Shown here in pieces: positions 10,856 to 19,472 of a stretch of 64,000 nt of DNA; position 1 is the stretch's first letter; the number at the start of each line of letters is the position of its first letter. The position numbers and the translations under genes are program-made. Where the stretch lies: positions 224,001 to 288,000 of the forward strand of contig CAVSOU010000017.1 in the NCBI GenBank assembly GCA_963729625.1. The letters are read 5' to 3'. The stretch is from an uncultured bacterium (lineage in GTDB: Bacteria > Chloroflexota > UBA5177 > JANWHV01). Under the pieces are notes generated by a model. That model ran no database searches and had not been told where the DNA came from. It worked only from the letters and a program-made list of their open reading frames with translations.

Positions 10856-11731
10856 CTAGATTCCGAATTCACGGCTGAGGAATTCGCGGCTCCGCTTTGC
10901 CGCATAGAGTGGGTCGGACGGCGCATCCTGCTCCACGATGATCCAGCCATCGTAGCTTGCCGCCTTCAGCGAGCCAAATATGCGAGCCATGTCCACACTG
11001 CCGTCGCCAAGGGGCACAAAGAGCCCGCGCTGAACGGCCGCCGCGAAGTCCAGCCTTTCCGCCCTCACGTGCGCGAGGGCGTCGGCATCGACGTCCTTCA
11101 GGTGTACGTACCAGACCCGCGACGCGTAGTCGACGAAGATCGCCTCCGGGTCGACTCCGGCATAGGCCAGGTGGCCCGTGTCGGGACAGAGCCCAAGCAG
11201 CTCGGGATCGGTGAGCGAGCACAAGCGGTCTATCTCGTCGCGTGTCTCGACGAAGGTGCCGACATGCGGATGGAACACGGCACGCATGCCGCGGTCGCGC
11301 AGCATCTGCCCAATGCGGTTGAGCCCCGTTGAGAGGTTCTTCCACCCAGTATCGTCGAGACCATCACTACCGTCTGGGTTGACTCGGCCGGCGACTGCAA
11401 GGCGCGCCGGTGACGTGTGATCGGCAAGGATAAGCACGTCACATCCGAGGGCCTGGAGGCGATCGGCCACTGGAATCACGCGGGCGGCTTCTGAAGCATG
11501 CAAGGCGGGGTCGAGAAGCTGGACTTCGTGGAACGTCGCAGCGGCCAGCAGGCCGTGCCTGGCAAGGTCGTCCCGTAGCTCGGGGATATCAGTAGGAAAG
11601 TGGTAGCTGATTTCCGTACCGCTATAGCCCGTTGCGGCCATCTCTCCCAGCATCTGGGCGAAAGATGGCGGATTGGTCCAGTAGTACAATGGGTCGTAGC
11701 CCCAGTTGACCGACGCCGTGCCGACCAGCAT
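10856..11731 (-). CDS. IolE-like sugar phosphate isomerase/epimerase (inosose dehydratase-like TIM barrel)
   Basis: FHPHVGTFVET, CPDTGHL, VHLKD, IVEQD; RBS GGAGG before ATG 11731. Confidence 0.85.
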   Translation of the reverse strand: MLVGTASVNWGYDPLYYWTNPPSFAQMLGEMAATGYSGTEISYHFPTDIPELRDDLARHGLLAAATFHEVQLLDPALHASEAARVIPVADRLQALGCDVLILADHTSPARLAVAGRVNPDGSDGLDDTGWKNLSTGLNRIGQMLRDRGMRAVFHPHVGTFVETRDEIDRLCSLTDPELLGLCPDTGHLAYAGVDPEAIFVDYASRVWYVHLKDVDADALAHVRAERLDFAAAVQRGLFVPLGDGSVDMARIFGSLKAASYDGWIIVEQDAPSDPLYAAKRSREFLSREFGI

Positions 11732-11999
11732 GGATGTACCTCCTGCAACTTTGCCAACTCGATGACCGCTCACCGCATGCACCGGGACGCATCGTCGGCG
11801 CGACGATGTGCTATGGTGCTTTGGCCATCTGATAGAGTAGCACGAAGCGTTTGCGTCCGAGGAAGTGCAAGCGGGAAACATCTATAATCAAAGGCAAGCC
11901 AGGATCACGCGCCGATCGGTATTGCGCCGTTCGGACCAATAGAAGCCGTTTAGCGCAGCAGCTATCAGGCCCTGTTTGCAGAGTTGAAGGAGATCATGC

Positions 12000-12953
12000 A
12001 TGCGTATCGGCGTATTCACGGACAGCACCCCACAACTGCCTCTGAAGGCGGCCCTCGACCGGTATGCCGCCTGGGGCATTACCGCTGTCGAGCTTGGAAC
12101 AGGCAACTTTTCACCAGCTCCGCACCTTAATCTCGCCGAGCTTCTCAGTGACACGGCAGCCCGCCGTCGACTGCTCGACGACCTGGCGGAGCACGGCATG
12201 GTGCTGAGCGCCCTGAACTGCAGCGGCAATCCTCTACACCCGCTGCGCGACACCGCATCGCATGACGCCCAGGTCATCCGCGACACGATCAGACTGGCGT
12301 CCGAGCTCGGCATCGATCGCGTGGTGACCATGACCGGCTGCCCCGGCGCGCCCGGCGGCGGCCCGCATCCCAACTGGGTCACGTTCACCGGGCTCGATCA
12401 TTTCGCGGAGCTCTTGCGGTGGCAGTGGGATGAGGTACTCCTTCCGTTCTGGCGCGACACTGCCGAACTCGCTCGCGAGTGCGGCGTCCTGCTCTGCTTC
12501 GAGATGCATCCGGGAATGAGCGTCTACAACACCGCGTCGTTGCTGCGGCTTCGCTCCGCGATTGGCCCTACAATTGCAGCCAACCTCGACCCGAGCCATC
12601 TGTGGTGGCAGGGTATGGATCCGCTTGAGGTTGTGCGCGCGCTTGGACCCGCCGTTGGTTACGTGCACGCGAAGGACACGCGCGTGGATGGGCGCATGGT
12701 CGCCGTGAACGGCTGCCTCGACACCACGCTGATCGCCGCCCCGCTAACCAGTCCCTGGGTATTCAGGGCCGTCGGCTATGGTCACGACGCGGGTTGGTGG
12801 CGCGATTTCATCAGCATGCTTGCCATGACTGGATACGACGGCACCCTCAGCATCGAGCACGAGGATCCGCTCATGGATCCGGAAGAAGGAACGCAAAAGG
12901 CAGCGGCATTCCTGGCGCCGTTGGTGTTTACCGCTGCGCAGGCTGAAAAATAG
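12000..12953 (+). CDS. Sugar phosphate isomerase/epimerase (xylose-isomerase-like TIM barrel)
   Basis: SALNCSGNPLHP, FEMHPG, NLDPSHL, HAKD, SIEHED. Confidence 0.9.
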   Translation: MRIGVFTDSTPQLPLKAALDRYAAWGITAVELGTGNFSPAPHLNLAELLSDTAARRRLLDDLAEHGMVLSALNCSGNPLHPLRDTASHDAQVIRDTIRLASELGIDRVVTMTGCPGAPGGGPHPNWVTFTGLDHFAELLRWQWDEVLLPFWRDTAELARECGVLLCFEMHPGMSVYNTASLLRLRSAIGPTIAANLDPSHLWWQGMDPLEVVRALGPAVGYVHAKDTRVDGRMVAVNGCLDTTLIAAPLTSPWVFRAVGYGHDAGWWRDFISMLAMTGYDGTLSIEHEDPLMDPEEGTQKAAAFLAPLVFTAAQAEK

Positions 12954-13067
12954 CCTCGGACTTCCACGAAATACGCTTCCAGCTGCGAGCCAGGGTGGTA
13001 GGGCCGAAACCGGCTGCGGCCGGTTGGGTCCTCGTGCGGGCTGAGCAATCAGATGGGACGTGACCCA

Positions 13068-14261
13068 CTATGAGGCGTCAGGGCGCTCGGGAACCGTTAC
13101 CCAGCGCTGATCGCGAGCACTGAGCAATACCGCCTCCATGATGGCGATGCCGCGCCAGCCGTCATGCAGTGTCGGGTAGTCGCCGTCGGGGGGCTGGCCC
13201 TGTTGGGTCCGTTCAATCGCATGATAGATGCCCGCGATCAAGTTTCGGAACGCATCGAGATAGCCTTCAGGATGACCGCCGGGCGCGAATGCGAGTGCCG
13301 AGGCCTCCGGTTCCATCAGCATCGGATCCTTCGGCAGTACTTGCCAGGCAGGCTCGCGCCGGCGCACGGTCAGCGTATTGGGCTGCTCCTGATTCCAATC
13401 CAGGCCGCCCGTTTTCCCGTCAACCGACAAGGTGATCCAATTCTTGTGACCCGCGCTCACCTGGGACACTGTAAGCGCGCCACGGGCGCCGCCGGCAAAG
13501 CGCAACAGGAGGTTGAGACAGTCCTCTCCGTGCATGCTGACCCGATAGTGATCGCCTTCAGCTTCCGCGCCCTCAGGCAGAGGGCCGGCCCCCGGCATGT
13601 CGCGATGCCATTCACGAGTTCGCACCACCGTTTGAGTATCCGCGAACACCGCGGAGATTCGCTCGCCGGTCACGTGCTCGACGAGGTCGCACCAGTGAAT
13701 GCCTATGTCCGCCATGGCCAGCGACGGCCCGGCAATCTCTTGAGCGAAGCGATAGTGCAGGTAGGTGTCATGGAGCAGCTCGTCGGCCAGGTAGAGACCA
13801 CGCATATGATGGAGAGGCCCAAGGGAACCGTTCGCGATCATGCGACGCATCTGGCGCACTAATGGATAGTATCGATAGCAATAGCCAACACCCGCGACCA
13901 GGTTTCCAGCGCGAGCGAGGCGCACGAGGTCGGCTGCCTCCGTCGAGGTAGTGGCCAGGGGCTTCTCACAAACCAGATGCTTCCCCGCCGCCAACACGGC
14001 AGCGGCCATTGGGTAGTGCAGGGCGTTTGGCGTGCAGATATGCACCACGTCGATCCGCGGATCGTTGAGAGCCTGCTCCAGCTCGTACCCGTGCCGCGGT
14101 ACGCGGAGTCTGGCCGCGTGCCCGGCCATATCGCTGCCGGGGCGTCCCACGATCAGCGCCAGCTCAGCACCGCACCGGCGCAGCGATTCAGCGTGAATGG
14201 TCCCAATGTAGCCAGGGCCCACGATCGCCGCCCGCAGTATAGCCATCTGTTCCGTCCTCAC
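13068..14261 (-). CDS. Gfo/Idh/MocA oxidoreductase
   Basis: GPGYIG, VHICTPNALH, VCEKPLA, DIGIHWCD, PGGHPEG. Confidence 0.92.
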   Translation of the reverse strand: MRTEQMAILRAAIVGPGYIGTIHAESLRRCGAELALIVGRPGSDMAGHAARLRVPRHGYELEQALNDPRIDVVHICTPNALHYPMAAAVLAAGKHLVCEKPLATTSTEAADLVRLARAGNLVAGVGYCYRYYPLVRQMRRMIANGSLGPLHHMRGLYLADELLHDTYLHYRFAQEIAGPSLAMADIGIHWCDLVEHVTGERISAVFADTQTVVRTREWHRDMPGAGPLPEGAEAEGDHYRVSMHGEDCLNLLLRFAGGARGALTVSQVSAGHKNWITLSVDGKTGGLDWNQEQPNTLTVRRREPAWQVLPKDPMLMEPEASALAFAPGGHPEGYLDAFRNLIAGIYHAIERTQQGQPPDGDYPTLHDGWRGIAIMEAVLLSARDQRWVTVPERPDAS

Positions 14262-14383
14262 CTCATGAACTATTCAGCAAACGCTCGCACGGCAGTCGAT
14301 GCGCTGCCCGCGCGCGGTGACCACAAGTGCGTCTAAAGGGAAGCCGTAGTGCGATCCGCAGGCGTGCCGGCCACCAAACGCGG

Positions 14384-14409
14384 GCGGGCGAGACGCCCGC
14401 GCCCCCAGA
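14384..14409. repeat. REP-like palindrome
   Basis: GCGGGCG-AGA-CGCCCGC hairpin followed by GCCCCCAGA, resembling GCGGGCGNGACGCCCGCGCTCCCAG-type REPs. Confidence 0.5.
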
Positions 14410-14463
14410 GTCGTGCACGTCAATGGATATCTCGTCGTGGCTTCACTCTAGTCTGAAAGAGCG

Positions 14464-14490
14464 GACCTCCAGCTGCCGCAGCTGGAGGTC
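14464..14490. other. Perfect 12-bp hairpin (terminator or IS200-like end relic)
   Basis: GACCTCCAGCTG-CCG-CAGCTGGAGGTC. Confidence 0.4.
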
Positions 14491-14592
14491 AATGTCGTGT
14501 AAGTCGCCGGGCACCTGCAAGAGTGGGTGATGCTACCCTAAACCACAATATCAGGCCTGATCACCACCAAAACACCGTACGTTGACAGGCCA

Positions 14593-14805
14593 CTAGTTAA
14601 GGGTCCTGTGCACGTTGACCGCCCGGTCACCCCGGCCTCGCGGATCGCGCTCGACCTCAAACTCGACCGTATCACCGCGCTGGAGCGCATCAAAGGTCAC
14701 ACCCTGCAAGGCTGAGCTGTGGAAGAATACATCGGGCCCACCCAGTGCCGGTGTGATGAAGCCGTAACCGCGATCGGTCATGCGTGCGATAGTTCCTTGA
14801 GCCAC
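14593..14805 (-). CDS. Cold-shock domain protein
   Basis: RNP1 RGYGFI and RNP2 VFFH; RBS GGGGAG before GTG 14805. Confidence 0.92.
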   Translation of the reverse strand: MAQGTIARMTDRGYGFITPALGGPDVFFHSSALQGVTFDALQRGDTVEFEVERDPRGRGDRAVNVHRTLN

Positions 14806-14964
14806 TGCTTGGACTCCCCTTTTCCGGCGGGCAGACCGGCCCACTGCCGGATAGCCTTCAGGCCACACCGATGGGCTCCAGTGTAGCACGCCATACCAGA
14901 CGGAGTACGGTCCACGTTTCCGCTCTACTGCCTGTCATACGCCACCACCATCATCAGGCGGCGA

Positions 14965-15408
14965 TCAGGAGGCCCGGCAGTCGCCGCAGTAGCCGTACAG
15001 GGTGATCGCGTGGCTGGTGATCTGGTAGAGCGTGTGCTGTTCCAGCAACGGGCCGAGGCGCGACAACAGGCAGCCATCGAGATCCTCGACACGTCCACAG
15101 CGCGTGCACACCAAGTGATGATGATGGCGCGATGAGCAGTAGACGTATTTGCTCTCGTTGTTGTCCTGCAGAAAACGCGTCGCCGCTCCCACTTCTACCA
15201 GAAGCTCGAGCGTGCGATAGACTGTTGCCTGACCGATCGCCGGCTGCTCTTCGCGCAAAGCGACATGCAGCTCACGTGGGGTAACGGAGGTTGATTGCGT
15301 CATCAGCGCGGCGAGAATCGCGCGCCGCTGCGGCGTCGGCACGTGGCGACGCTCCTGCAAACGGCGCATGACTTCGTCCTGTTCCGCGATAGCCTGCTGC
15401 ACATCCAT
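14965..15408 (-). CDS. zur: Fur-family regulator, probably Zur
   Basis: ATVYRTL, HHHHLVCxxC and C-terminal CxxC; last gene of a Znu-type operon. Confidence 0.85.
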   Translation of the reverse strand: MDVQQAIAEQDEVMRRLQERRHVPTPQRRAILAALMTQSTSVTPRELHVALREEQPAIGQATVYRTLELLVEVGAATRFLQDNNESKYVYCSSRHHHHLVCTRCGRVEDLDGCLLSRLGPLLEQHTLYQITSHAITLYGYCGDCRAS

Positions 15409-15411
15409 ACT

Positions 15412-16302
15412 TTACCTCCGAGCGATCGTCTCGTGCACAGGTGACGCTGCTATCCCGCCGGCCGGCGTTGGGCGCCTTCTGAGCCATGGAGCGAGCAGGC
15501 GCGCGGAGAAGTACATCGCGCCCACCAGTGCTGAAATGAGAAATCCAACGGGCCAGCCGGTATCGTACGCGGCAACCATGCCGATCCAGGTGGTCGCCAC
15601 GGCTATACCGACCGCGACCAGCAAGGCCCGCCAGGGGGTGCTGGTCAGATAGGTTGCGGCGGCGGCCGGGCCAATCATCAGGCTAAAGATCAGGAGCGTT
15701 CCCACTGTCGGAACCGTCACGGCGGCGGCAATCCCTACCACGATAAGAAAGGCGATGCCAACAGCCGCCGTGGGCACGCCCCGCGCCTGGGCAAGCTCGT
15801 AGTGCATGGTAGTGAGCAGGAGTGGACGGTAGAGCACGCCGAGCGCGAGCAGACAGCCCAGCGACAGAAGGCCCGTCTGCCATACCATGTCACGACTGAT
15901 ACCCACGATGCTGCCGAAGAGCAGGCTGAACGCAGCCGTGGCGTAGGCGTCGTTGAGGCTGAGAAATAGTGCGCCGGCGCCGAGCGCTGCCACCAAAATG
16001 AGCGCGGTCGTCACGTCGCGCCCGTGCTCGCGCGTGCCAAGCACGCCCATGCTGACGGCGCCGCCGACGGCAAAAGCGACAAGACCCCACACCGGCTCGA
16101 TGCCGAGCAGCACCGCTCCCGCCGCCCCGGCAAAACCGATCTGAGCCAGGGAATGGGCCGCGAAGCTGAGGCCCCGGAGTACCACGAAGAAGCCGACCAC
16201 GCCGGCCACGATGGCGACGATGGTGCCGGTAACCAGCGCGTTCTGCATGAACGGCTGGCTGAACATCTCAGAGTGCAGCACGGCCGGGTATCCTCTTGAC
16301 AT
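15412..16302 (-). CDS. znuB: Zn/Mn ABC permease
   Basis: GFFVVLRG.SF.AH, LLFGSI, A.ARG; RBS GGGAGG before ATG 16302. Confidence 0.88.
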   Translation of the reverse strand: MSRGYPAVLHSEMFSQPFMQNALVTGTIVAIVAGVVGFFVVLRGLSFAAHSLAQIGFAGAAGAVLLGIEPVWGLVAFAVGGAVSMGVLGTREHGRDVTTALILVAALGAGALFLSLNDAYATAAFSLLFGSIVGISRDMVWQTGLLSLGCLLALGVLYRPLLLTTMHYELAQARGVPTAAVGIAFLIVVGIAAAVTVPTVGTLLIFSLMIGPAAAATYLTSTPWRALLVAVGIAVATTWIGMVAAYDTGWPVGFLISALVGAMYFSARLLAPWLRRRPTPAGGIAASPVHETIARR

Positions 16303-17185
16303 TTCCTCCCTGCAGAGGGCCGCTCGTGCGGCGGAATGCCGGGCGGGCGGCGCGAGCGAACAGGTAGAACAGAAGCACGAGCGTGCAGATGAAGAAGGAG
16401 ACAGGCCACCCCTTTTCACCGGGCGGCCAGTAGTAGCTGTCGTACGATAGGGCGATGCCAGCCCAGGTCTCCAGCACGCCGATAGCGCAGGCTACCGCTA
16501 TGCCGGCGCCCGGTCGGGAGACCAGGTACGAGGCAGTCGCCGGCGGGCCGATCAGGAGCGCGGTGCTGAGCAGCACGCCCACGACCTGCGCCGCCTCCGC
16601 CACGGCGACCGCCATGCACAGCAGGAACAAGGCGGAAACGAGGCGCACGGGCACGCCGCGTGCCTCCGCCACCTGCGGGCTGACCGAGCAGAAGAACAGC
16701 GGACGGGCCAGCAAGGCCAGCAAGAGCAGGCAAGCGCCTCCGATCACGATCATCACGCGCGTTATGTTCGGATCGATCTCAAAGATCGATCCGAAGAGCA
16801 GCGTAAAAGGCTGGCTGACGAAGCGCGTATTGATATAGAGGAACAGGGCGCCGACACCAAGCGCCAGAGCCAGAATCACGCCGGTGGCCACGTCACGCTC
16901 GCGAGCGCGATCGCCGAGCGCGCCCACGCCGAGTGCCGCGGCGACGCAAAATGCCAGCAGGCCCCACAGAGCGTTGATGCCCAGGAGTGCTGCTCCGGCA
17001 CCGCCCGTGAAGCCGATGTCGGTGACCGCGTGGCCGATGAAACTCAGCCCGCGCAGCACGACGAAGAAGCCGATCACGGCACAGACAAGAGCAACGACCG
17101 TACCCGCCTGCAGTGCAGTGATCACCTGGTCGTTCTGCAGCATGTCGAAAATGTTCTGCTGGAGCCAGTCGCGCATGGAGGTCAC
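16268..17185 (-). CDS. znuB: Zn/Mn ABC permease (second paralog)
   Basis: Same motif set (GFFVVLRGLSFIGH, LLFGSI, AEARG). Confidence 0.88.
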   Translation of the reverse strand: MTSMRDWLQQNIFDMLQNDQVITALQAGTVVALVCAVIGFFVVLRGLSFIGHAVTDIGFTGGAGAALLGINALWGLLAFCVAAALGVGALGDRARERDVATGVILALALGVGALFLYINTRFVSQPFTLLFGSIFEIDPNITRVMIVIGGACLLLLALLARPLFFCSVSPQVAEARGVPVRLVSALFLLCMAVAVAEAAQVVGVLLSTALLIGPPATASYLVSRPGAGIAVACAIGVLETWAGIALSYDSYYWPPGEKGWPVSFFICTLVLLFYLFARAARPAFRRTSGPLQGGNVKRIPGRAAL

Positions 17186-17248
17186 CCCGGTCCGAACCGC
17201 GGAGCGTTCGTGAGCGCCGTCGACGCGCGCCTCGGCACAAGACAGTTC

Positions 17249-18076
17249 CTAGCCATGTGCGTGGTACTCCCGCTCAAACTCGCCGCCGCCAATGATGTCG
17301 GCGCCGGCCACGACCAGAATTCGCCCATGGACATGCAGCACGTCGACAGGGTAGCCGTAGAGCGCGCTCAGCACGTCTGGGCGCACTACCTCATCCACCG
17401 GACCGATGGCAGACCGGCCTTCCGCCAGGTAGAGCACGCGGTCCATCACGGGAAGCAAGGGGTTCATGTCATGGGCGACGAGCATGACGGCGACATCTTG
17501 CTCCCTGCCCAGTCGCGCCACCAGCTGCACGACCTCGTGCGCGCTGCGCAGATCGAGGTTGGCCAGAGGCTCGTCGAGCAGCAAGAGTCGTGGACGGGCC
17601 AGGAGTGCCTGCGCGATCATCAAACGCTGCTGCTCACCGCCCGACAGACGGCCAACCGGCGCGTTGGCAAATTCCAGCGCATCGACCCACTGCAAAGCCT
17701 CGTCAATGCGCATGCGCCTGGAGGCGCTGGGGATTGCGATACCCCACCGCTGCCCGTCGAGTCCCAGTGCGACCAGATCGCGGCCACGCAGCGGCGTGTC
17801 GGGATCGAACTGCTGCTTTTGCGGAACGTAGCCCAGCGCGACGTTTCCTCGCCTGACCGGCCGGCCAAACAAGTGGATCGACCCGGCCGTAGGCCGCAAC
17901 AGTCCGAGAATGACCCGCAAGAGGGTCGTCTTGCCGGCGCCGTTTGTCCCGATGACGCCGATGAATTCCCCCGACCGCACCGCGAGGCTGACATCGCGCA
18001 GGACCGGGCGGCCGCCCAGGTTCAGGCCGACGTGCTCCAGGCTCAAGATGGGAGCGGCCGCGACAGGATCCAACAT
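17249..18076 (-). CDS. znuC: Zn/Mn ABC ATPase
   Basis: Walker A GTNGAGKT, LSGGEQQR, LLLDEP, GYVPQ. Confidence 0.9.
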   Translation of the reverse strand: MLDPVAAAPILSLEHVGLNLGGRPVLRDVSLAVRSGEFIGVIGTNGAGKTTLLRVILGLLRPTAGSIHLFGRPVRRGNVALGYVPQKQQFDPDTPLRGRDLVALGLDGQRWGIAIPSASRRMRIDEALQWVDALEFANAPVGRLSGGEQQRLMIAQALLARPRLLLLDEPLANLDLRSAHEVVQLVARLGREQDVAVMLVAHDMNPLLPVMDRVLYLAEGRSAIGPVDEVVRPDVLSALYGYPVDVLHVHGRILVVAGADIIGGGEFEREYHAHG

Positions 18077-18078
18077 TG

Positions 18079-19023
18079 TTACTCGATCTTTTCGGTCGAG
18101 ATGCCTTTGCTCAGGGCCAGCCTGGTGGCCTGGAGCTCGGCGAGCATCCACTGTTGATAGGTCCTGGACGATGGCTTCGTTTCGTAGACGCCGACGATGG
18201 CGATGCGATGGGACCGAGCGAGCCCGAGAAGCCTGACCGTGATCGGCGCCACGGCCTGCTGATTATAGAAGAAGGCCTTGACCTTGTTCGCGGTGAAGAG
18301 GTTGGTCTCAAGTTGTGCGTCCTGCGGCGACGGATCATTGCCTTCCATGATGGCCAGCGCGAAGGAGTTGGGCGTGAGGATCTTCAGACCGAGCGCCTGC
18401 GCCTCGTAGCTGAAGACGGGCTCGGTGATCGCAATGGGCGTGCCGGCGTACTGCTTTCTGAGCGCGGCAATTCCGTTGGTCCAAGGCTTGAGCGTGGCGT
18501 CGAAGCGGCGCAGGTTGGCGGCGAATGTTGCCGCGCCGGCCGGATCTTGCCGGCTGAGCGCGGCGGCAACCAGCGCGGCGACGCGCGGCATAGTGGTGGG
18601 ACTGTACCAGATATGCGGATTGTCACCAGTTTTGTAGCCCAGACTGGCGCCGGCGTCAAGCACTGTACGCCGGGCATTTGGCGAGGCGTTCTCCAGCTTG
18701 GCGATGAAAGAATCGTAGCCAATACCGTTCTGCACCACGAGTGTTGCCCTCGCCACCGCCGCAGCGTCAGTGGTATTGGATTCGTAGCTGTGAGGGTCGG
18801 TATTTGGATCGCTCAGTATGCTGAATACCGAGACGCGCGCGCCTCCAATCTGTTCGATCACGTCCCCGTACACGTTGGTCGAGGCGACGGCCTGGATCAC
18901 GGCGCCGGCAGCACGCGCGGTATGGGACTGCAGCCCCACCGCGCCAAGGGCAAGCGCAGCTACGGCCAGGAGCCGCGGCACGAGGCAACGGCCGCGATGG
19001 CGCCCACAGGATGTGCAGAACAT
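18079..19023 (-). CDS. znuA: Zn/Mn ABC substrate-binding protein
   Basis: DPHSYE, NGIGYD and NPHIW motifs; signal peptide; start uncertain (19023 or 19059). Confidence 0.9.
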   Translation of the reverse strand: MFCTSCGRHRGRCLVPRLLAVAALALGAVGLQSHTARAAGAVIQAVASTNVYGDVIEQIGGARVSVFSILSDPNTDPHSYESNTTDAAAVARATLVVQNGIGYDSFIAKLENASPNARRTVLDAGASLGYKTGDNPHIWYSPTTMPRVAALVAAALSRQDPAGAATFAANLRRFDATLKPWTNGIAALRKQYAGTPIAITEPVFSYEAQALGLKILTPNSFALAIMEGNDPSPQDAQLETNLFTANKVKAFFYNQQAVAPITVRLLGLARSHRIAIVGVYETKPSSRTYQQWMLAELQATRLALSKGISTEKIE

Positions 19024-19156
19024 AGAGACGCTCCAGCCAATCGGGGCGGTCATACTCACGGATGCGCTGCCTCGCGGCGCCCTGGCGTGCCCTTGCCGGG
19101 ACGCAGGAGCACTTGCCCGTCAACGCGCGATCACCTTCCGCGCGAGCCCGTTTCGA

Positions 19157-19189
19157 ATGATAACGATTATCATCAATAATCGTTATCAT
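19157..19189. promoter_or_regulatory. Zur/Fur box (tandem overlapping palindromes)
   Basis: AT-rich ATGATAACGATTAT-CATCA-ATAATCGTTATCAT, a perfect 14-bp inverted repeat upstream of znuA. Confidence 0.85.
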
Positions 19190-19255
19190 AGTCCGTTGCC
19201 CGGCGTGTGTCAATGGCTGCGCCTGAGATCGGGCATACTAAAGTGGTGCCACGCC

Positions 19256-19384
19256 GGAACGCGCACGGTGGTCATGTCTTGGCGATGGAGTGGGTGGCCG
19301 GCGCATCCACGGCGGACGAGGACAGCACCCGCCTCGGCGGGTCCCCGGCCCCCAGAATCGTGCGGTTCGATGGAGATCCCGTCG
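19256..19384. repeat. 129-bp dispersed intergenic repeat, copy 2
   Basis: Same orientation as, and near-identical to, 3270-3398. Confidence 0.85.
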
Positions 19385-19472
19385 GCTTCAGTCTAACGTC
19401 ATACGATTGCTCATCATGCCGCCTCTCAGCGTGTTGCCGGCTTCGCACGCTGTGCCCGGCAGCACATGTTGA

